Shown piece by piece: positions 59,917 to 64,000 of a DNA stretch of 64,000 nt. Source of the stretch: Ranitomeya imitator (taxonomy: Eukaryota); the NCBI RefSeq assembly GCF_032444005.1, contig NC_091286.1, positions 493,954,001 to 494,018,000 of the forward strand. The letters are read 5' to 3'. The position numbers were made by a program, and so were the translations under genes. Numbering within the stretch: the first letter of the stretch is position 1; each line of letters opens with the position of its first letter. The notes under the pieces were generated by a model. That model was not told the origin of the DNA, did not search any database, and was given only the letters and a program-made list of their open reading frames with translations.

Positions 59917-62900
59917 TCTATAATATAACGCTGGGAGCGTCACTCTGTCCGAAGCCTCTATAGACTGCGCAAGCGCCGGCGCAGTCTGGGCCTCACAGAG
60001 CGACGCTCCCGGGAGATGGCGGTGTGCGTTCACACTGAACACACACCGCGATCTCCACCGCAGAAGCAGGGACCGCCAGGAGGGTGAGTATCGGCCTATA
60101 TTCACCTGTCCCCGTTCCATCGCTGAGCGGCGCTATCTTCCCGGTCTTCGGTCTGTGGCCTTCAGTTCAGAGGGCGCGATGACGCGCTTAATGCGCGCCG
60201 GCGCCGCCCTCTGACTGAACAGTCACAGCCAGGAGACCGGGAAGATGGCGGCGCTCAGCGATGGAACGCCGGACAGGTGAGTATAGTAAGTGCTGGGGGG
60301 GCCTGAGCTGGCGGCGATACCGGCACCTGACCCCCACAGCGCGCCGGTGTCCCCGCCTGCTCAGGCCCCCCAGCACTCGGCGCCGAGCGGGTCAGAGGCA
60401 GTATGGGGACGCAGGATGGAGCAGCACATAAGGATGGGGACGCAGGATGGAGCAGCACATAAGGATGGGGACGCAGGATGGAGCAGCACATAAGGATGGG
60501 GACGCAGGATGGAGCAGCACATAAGGATGGGGACGCAGGATGGAGCAGCACATAAGGATGGGGACGCAGGATGGAGCAGCACATAAGGATGGGGACACAG
60601 GATGGACCAGCACATAAGGATGGGGACACAGGATGGAGCAGCACATAACAGTATGGGGACGCAGGATGGAGCAGCACATAAGGATGGGGACGCAGGATGG
60701 AGCAGCACATAAGGATGGGGACGCAGGATGGAGCAGCACATAACAGTATGGGGACGCAGGATGGAGCAGGACATAAGGATGGGGACGCAGGATGGAGCAG
60801 CACATAAGGATGGGGACGCAGGATGGAGCAGCACATAAGGATGGTGACGCAGGATGGAGCAGCACATAAGGATGGGGACGCAGGATGGAGCAGCACATAA
60901 GGATGGGGACACAGGATGGAGCAGGACATAACAGTATGGGGACGCAGGATGGAGCAGCACATAAGGATGGGGACCCAGGATGGAGCAGCACATAAGGATG
61001 GGGACGCATGATGGAGCAGCACATAACAGTATGGGGACACAGGATGGAGCAGGACATAAGGATGGGGACGCAGGATGGAGCAGCACATAAGGATGGGGAC
61101 GCAGGATGGAGCAGCACATAAGGATGGGGACGCAGGATGGAGCAGCACATAACAGTATGGGGACGCAGGATGGAGCAGGACATAAGGATGGGGACGCAGG
61201 ATGGAGCAGGACATAAGGATGGGGACGCAGGATGGAGCAGCACATAAGGATGGGGACGCAGGATGTAGCAGCACATAAGGATGGGGACGCAGGATGGAGC
61301 AGCACATAACAGTATGGGGACGCAGGATGGAGCAGGACATAAGGATGGGGACGCAGGATGGAGCAGGACATAAGGATGGGGACGCAGGATGGAGCAGCAC
61401 ATAAGGATGGGGACGCAGGATGGAGCAGCACATAAGGATGGGGACGCAGGATGGAGCAGCACATAAGGATGGGGACGCAGGATGGAGCAGCACATAAGGA
61501 TGGGGACGCAGGATGGAGCAGCACATAAGGATGGGGACGCAGGATGGAGCAGCACATAAGGATGGGGACGCAGGATGGAGCAGCACATAAGGATGGGGAC
61601 GCAGGATGGAGCAGCACATAAGGATGGGGACACAGGATGGAGCAGCACATAACAGTATGGGGACGCAGGATGGAGCAGCACATAAGGATGGGGACGCAGG
61701 ATAGAGCAGCACATAAGGATGGGGACGCAGGATGGAGCAGCACATAACAGTATGGGGACGCAGGATGGAGCAGGACATAAGGATGGGGACGCAGGATGGA
61801 GCAGCACATAAGGATGGGGACGCAGGATGGAGCAGCACATAAGGATGGGGACGCAGGATGGAGCAGCACATAAGGATGGGGACGCAGGATGGAGCAGCAC
61901 ATAAGGATGGGGACACAGGATGGAGCAGCACATAACAGTATGGGGACGCAGGATGGAGCAGCACATAAGGATGGGGACGCAGGATGGAGCAGCACATAAG
62001 GATGGGGACGCATGATGGAGCAGCACATAACAGTATGGGGACGCAGGATGGAGCAGGACATAAGGATGGGGACGCAGGATGGAGCAGCACATAAGGATGG
62101 GGACGCAGGATGGAGCAGCACATAAGGATGGGGACGCAGGATGGAGCAGCACATAACAGTATGGGGACGCAGGATGGAGCAGGACATAAGGATGGGGACG
62201 CAGGATGGAGCAGGACATAAGGATGGGGACGCAGGATGGAGCAGCACATAAGGATGGGGACGCAGGATGGAGCAGCACATAAGGATGGGGACGCAGGATG
62301 GAGCAGCACATAACAGTATGGGGACGCAGGATGGAGCAGGACATAAGGATGGGGACGCAGGATGGAGCAGCACATAAGGATGGGGACGCAGGATGGAGCA
62401 GCACATAAGGATGGGGACGCAGGATGGAGCAGCACATAAGGATGGGGACGCAGGATGGAGCAGCACATAAGGATGGGGACGCAGGATGGAGCAGCACATA
62501 ACAGTATGGGGACGCAGGATGGAGCAGGACATAAGGATGGGGACGCAGGATGCAGCATGAACATAAGGATGGGGACACAGGATGCAGCAGCACATAAGGA
62601 TGGGGACGCAGGATGCAGCAGCACATAAGGATGGGGACGCAGGATGGAGCAGCACATAACAGTATGGGGACGCAGGATGGAGCAGGACATAAGGATGGGG
62701 ACGCAGGATGCAGCATGAACATAAGGATGGGGACGCAGGATGCAGCAGCACATAAGGATGGGGACGCAGGATGCAGCAGCACATAAGGATGGGGACGCAG
62801 GATGCAGCAGCACATAAGGATGGGGACGCAGGATGGAGCAGCACATAAGGATGGGGACGCAGGATGCAGCAGCACATAAGGATGGGGACGCAGGATGCAG

Positions 62901-64000
62901 CATCACATAAGGATGGGGACGCAGGATGCAGCATGAACATAAGGATGGGGACGCAGGATGCAGCAGCACATAAGGATGGGGATGCAGGATGCAGCAGTAC
63001 ATAAGGATGGGGACGCAGGATGGAGCAGCACATAAGGATGGGGACGCAGGATGCAGCAGCACATAAGGATGGGGACGCAGGATGCAGCAGCACATAAGGA
63101 TGGGGACGCAGGATGCAGCAGCACATAAGGATGGGAACGCAGGATGGAGCAGCACATAAGGATGGTGACGCAGGATGGAGCAGCACATAAGGATGGGGAC
63201 ACAGGATGGAGCAGCACATAACAGTATGGGGACGCAGGATGGAGCAGCACATAAGGATGGGGACGCAGGATGGAGCAGCACATAAAGATGGGGACGCAGG
63301 ATGGAGCAGCACATAACAGTATGGGGACGCAGGATGGAGCAGGACATAAGGATGGGGACGCAGGATGGAGCAGCACATAAGGATGGGGACGCAGGATGGA
63401 GCAGCACATAAGGATGGGGACACAGGATGGAGCAGCACATAACAGTATGGGGACGCAGGATGGAGCAGCACATAAGGATGGGGACGCAGGATGCAGCAGC
63501 ACATAAGGATGGGGACGCAGGATGCAGCAGCACATAAGGATGGGGACGCAGGATGCAGCAGCACATAAGGATGGGGACGCAGGATGGAGCAGCGCATGAC
63601 AGGATGGGGACGCATGATGGAGCAGCGCATGACAGGATGGGGACGCAGGATGAAGCAGCACATGACAGGATGGGGACGCAGGATGGGAGCAGCGCATCAC
63701 AGGATGGGAGCAGCGCATGACAGGATGGGGACGCAGGATGGGAGCAGCGCATGACAGGATGGGGACGCAGGATGGGAGCAGCGCATGACAGGATGGGGAC
63801 GCAGGATGGGAGCAGCGCATGACAGGAAAGGGAACGCAGGATGGAGCAGCGCATGACAGGATGGGGATGCAGGATGGAGCAGCACATGACAGGATGGGGA
63901 CGCAGGATGGAGCAGCGCATGACAGGATGGGGACGCAGGATGGAGCAGCACATACCATGATGGAGACAATATACCAATATAAATGCTCGCCACCCGGGCG
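59917..64000 (+). mobile_element. Probable non-autonomous Helitron-like element; 3' end lies beyond the window
   Basis: Starts A|TCTATAATATAACGCTGG, abruptly interrupting another repeat. Its body resembles the other Helitron-like elements (GC-rich head, then a large minisatellite). The terminal CTAG is not visible. Confidence 0.55.
60400..63952. repeat. 31-bp G-rich minisatellite (GGGGACGCAGGATGGAGCAGCACATAAGGAT) with 33-bp variants, about 113 copies
   Basis: Direct reading, with a period of 31. Confidence 0.97.

Noticed and set aside
60255-63993. 1240-, 1100- and 827-aa Cys/Pro-rich ORFs
   Set aside because: All three minus frames are open because the 31-bp repeat lacks stops on that strand. 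They are not genes.
305-64000. Further PPM1L coding exons
   Set aside because: I found no segment resembling the expected exon-2 peptide (TAAEYVK...) in the ORF track or by eye. A missed short exon cannot be fully excluded.
1-64000. tRNA, rRNA or prokaryotic systems
   Set aside because: None was recognised. All identifiable content is vertebrate intron and eukaryotic transposon sequence.

Overview
Repeat-dense vertebrate genomic DNA, probably from a frog (inferred from the transposon families, not proven). The window opens in the first coding exon of PPM1L (PP2C-epsilon, + strand, splice donor at 305). The rest appears to be its very long first intron, because no sequence matching the next PPM1L exon was recognised. 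The intron contains a full-length degenerate Tc1, Tc1 fragments, a decayed Penelope-like RT/GIY-YIG element, a 5'-truncated CR1 with an open RT frame, three non-autonomous Helitron-like elements carrying minisatellites, and many MITEs and minisatellites. The main feature is a 9.7-kb TTAA-flanked piggyBac element (30899-40591) with an uninterrupted 590-aa DDD transposase. Its termini are barely complementary, it has two internal satellite-like arrays (about 12 x 394/389 bp and 5 x 308 bp), and one end is packed with palindromes. Other leads are hammerhead-ribozyme-like cores, a candidate in-frame cassette exon or recursive splice site, a candidate poison exon, and a fold-back inversion inside a minisatellite. 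All calls were made by eye with no database searches.
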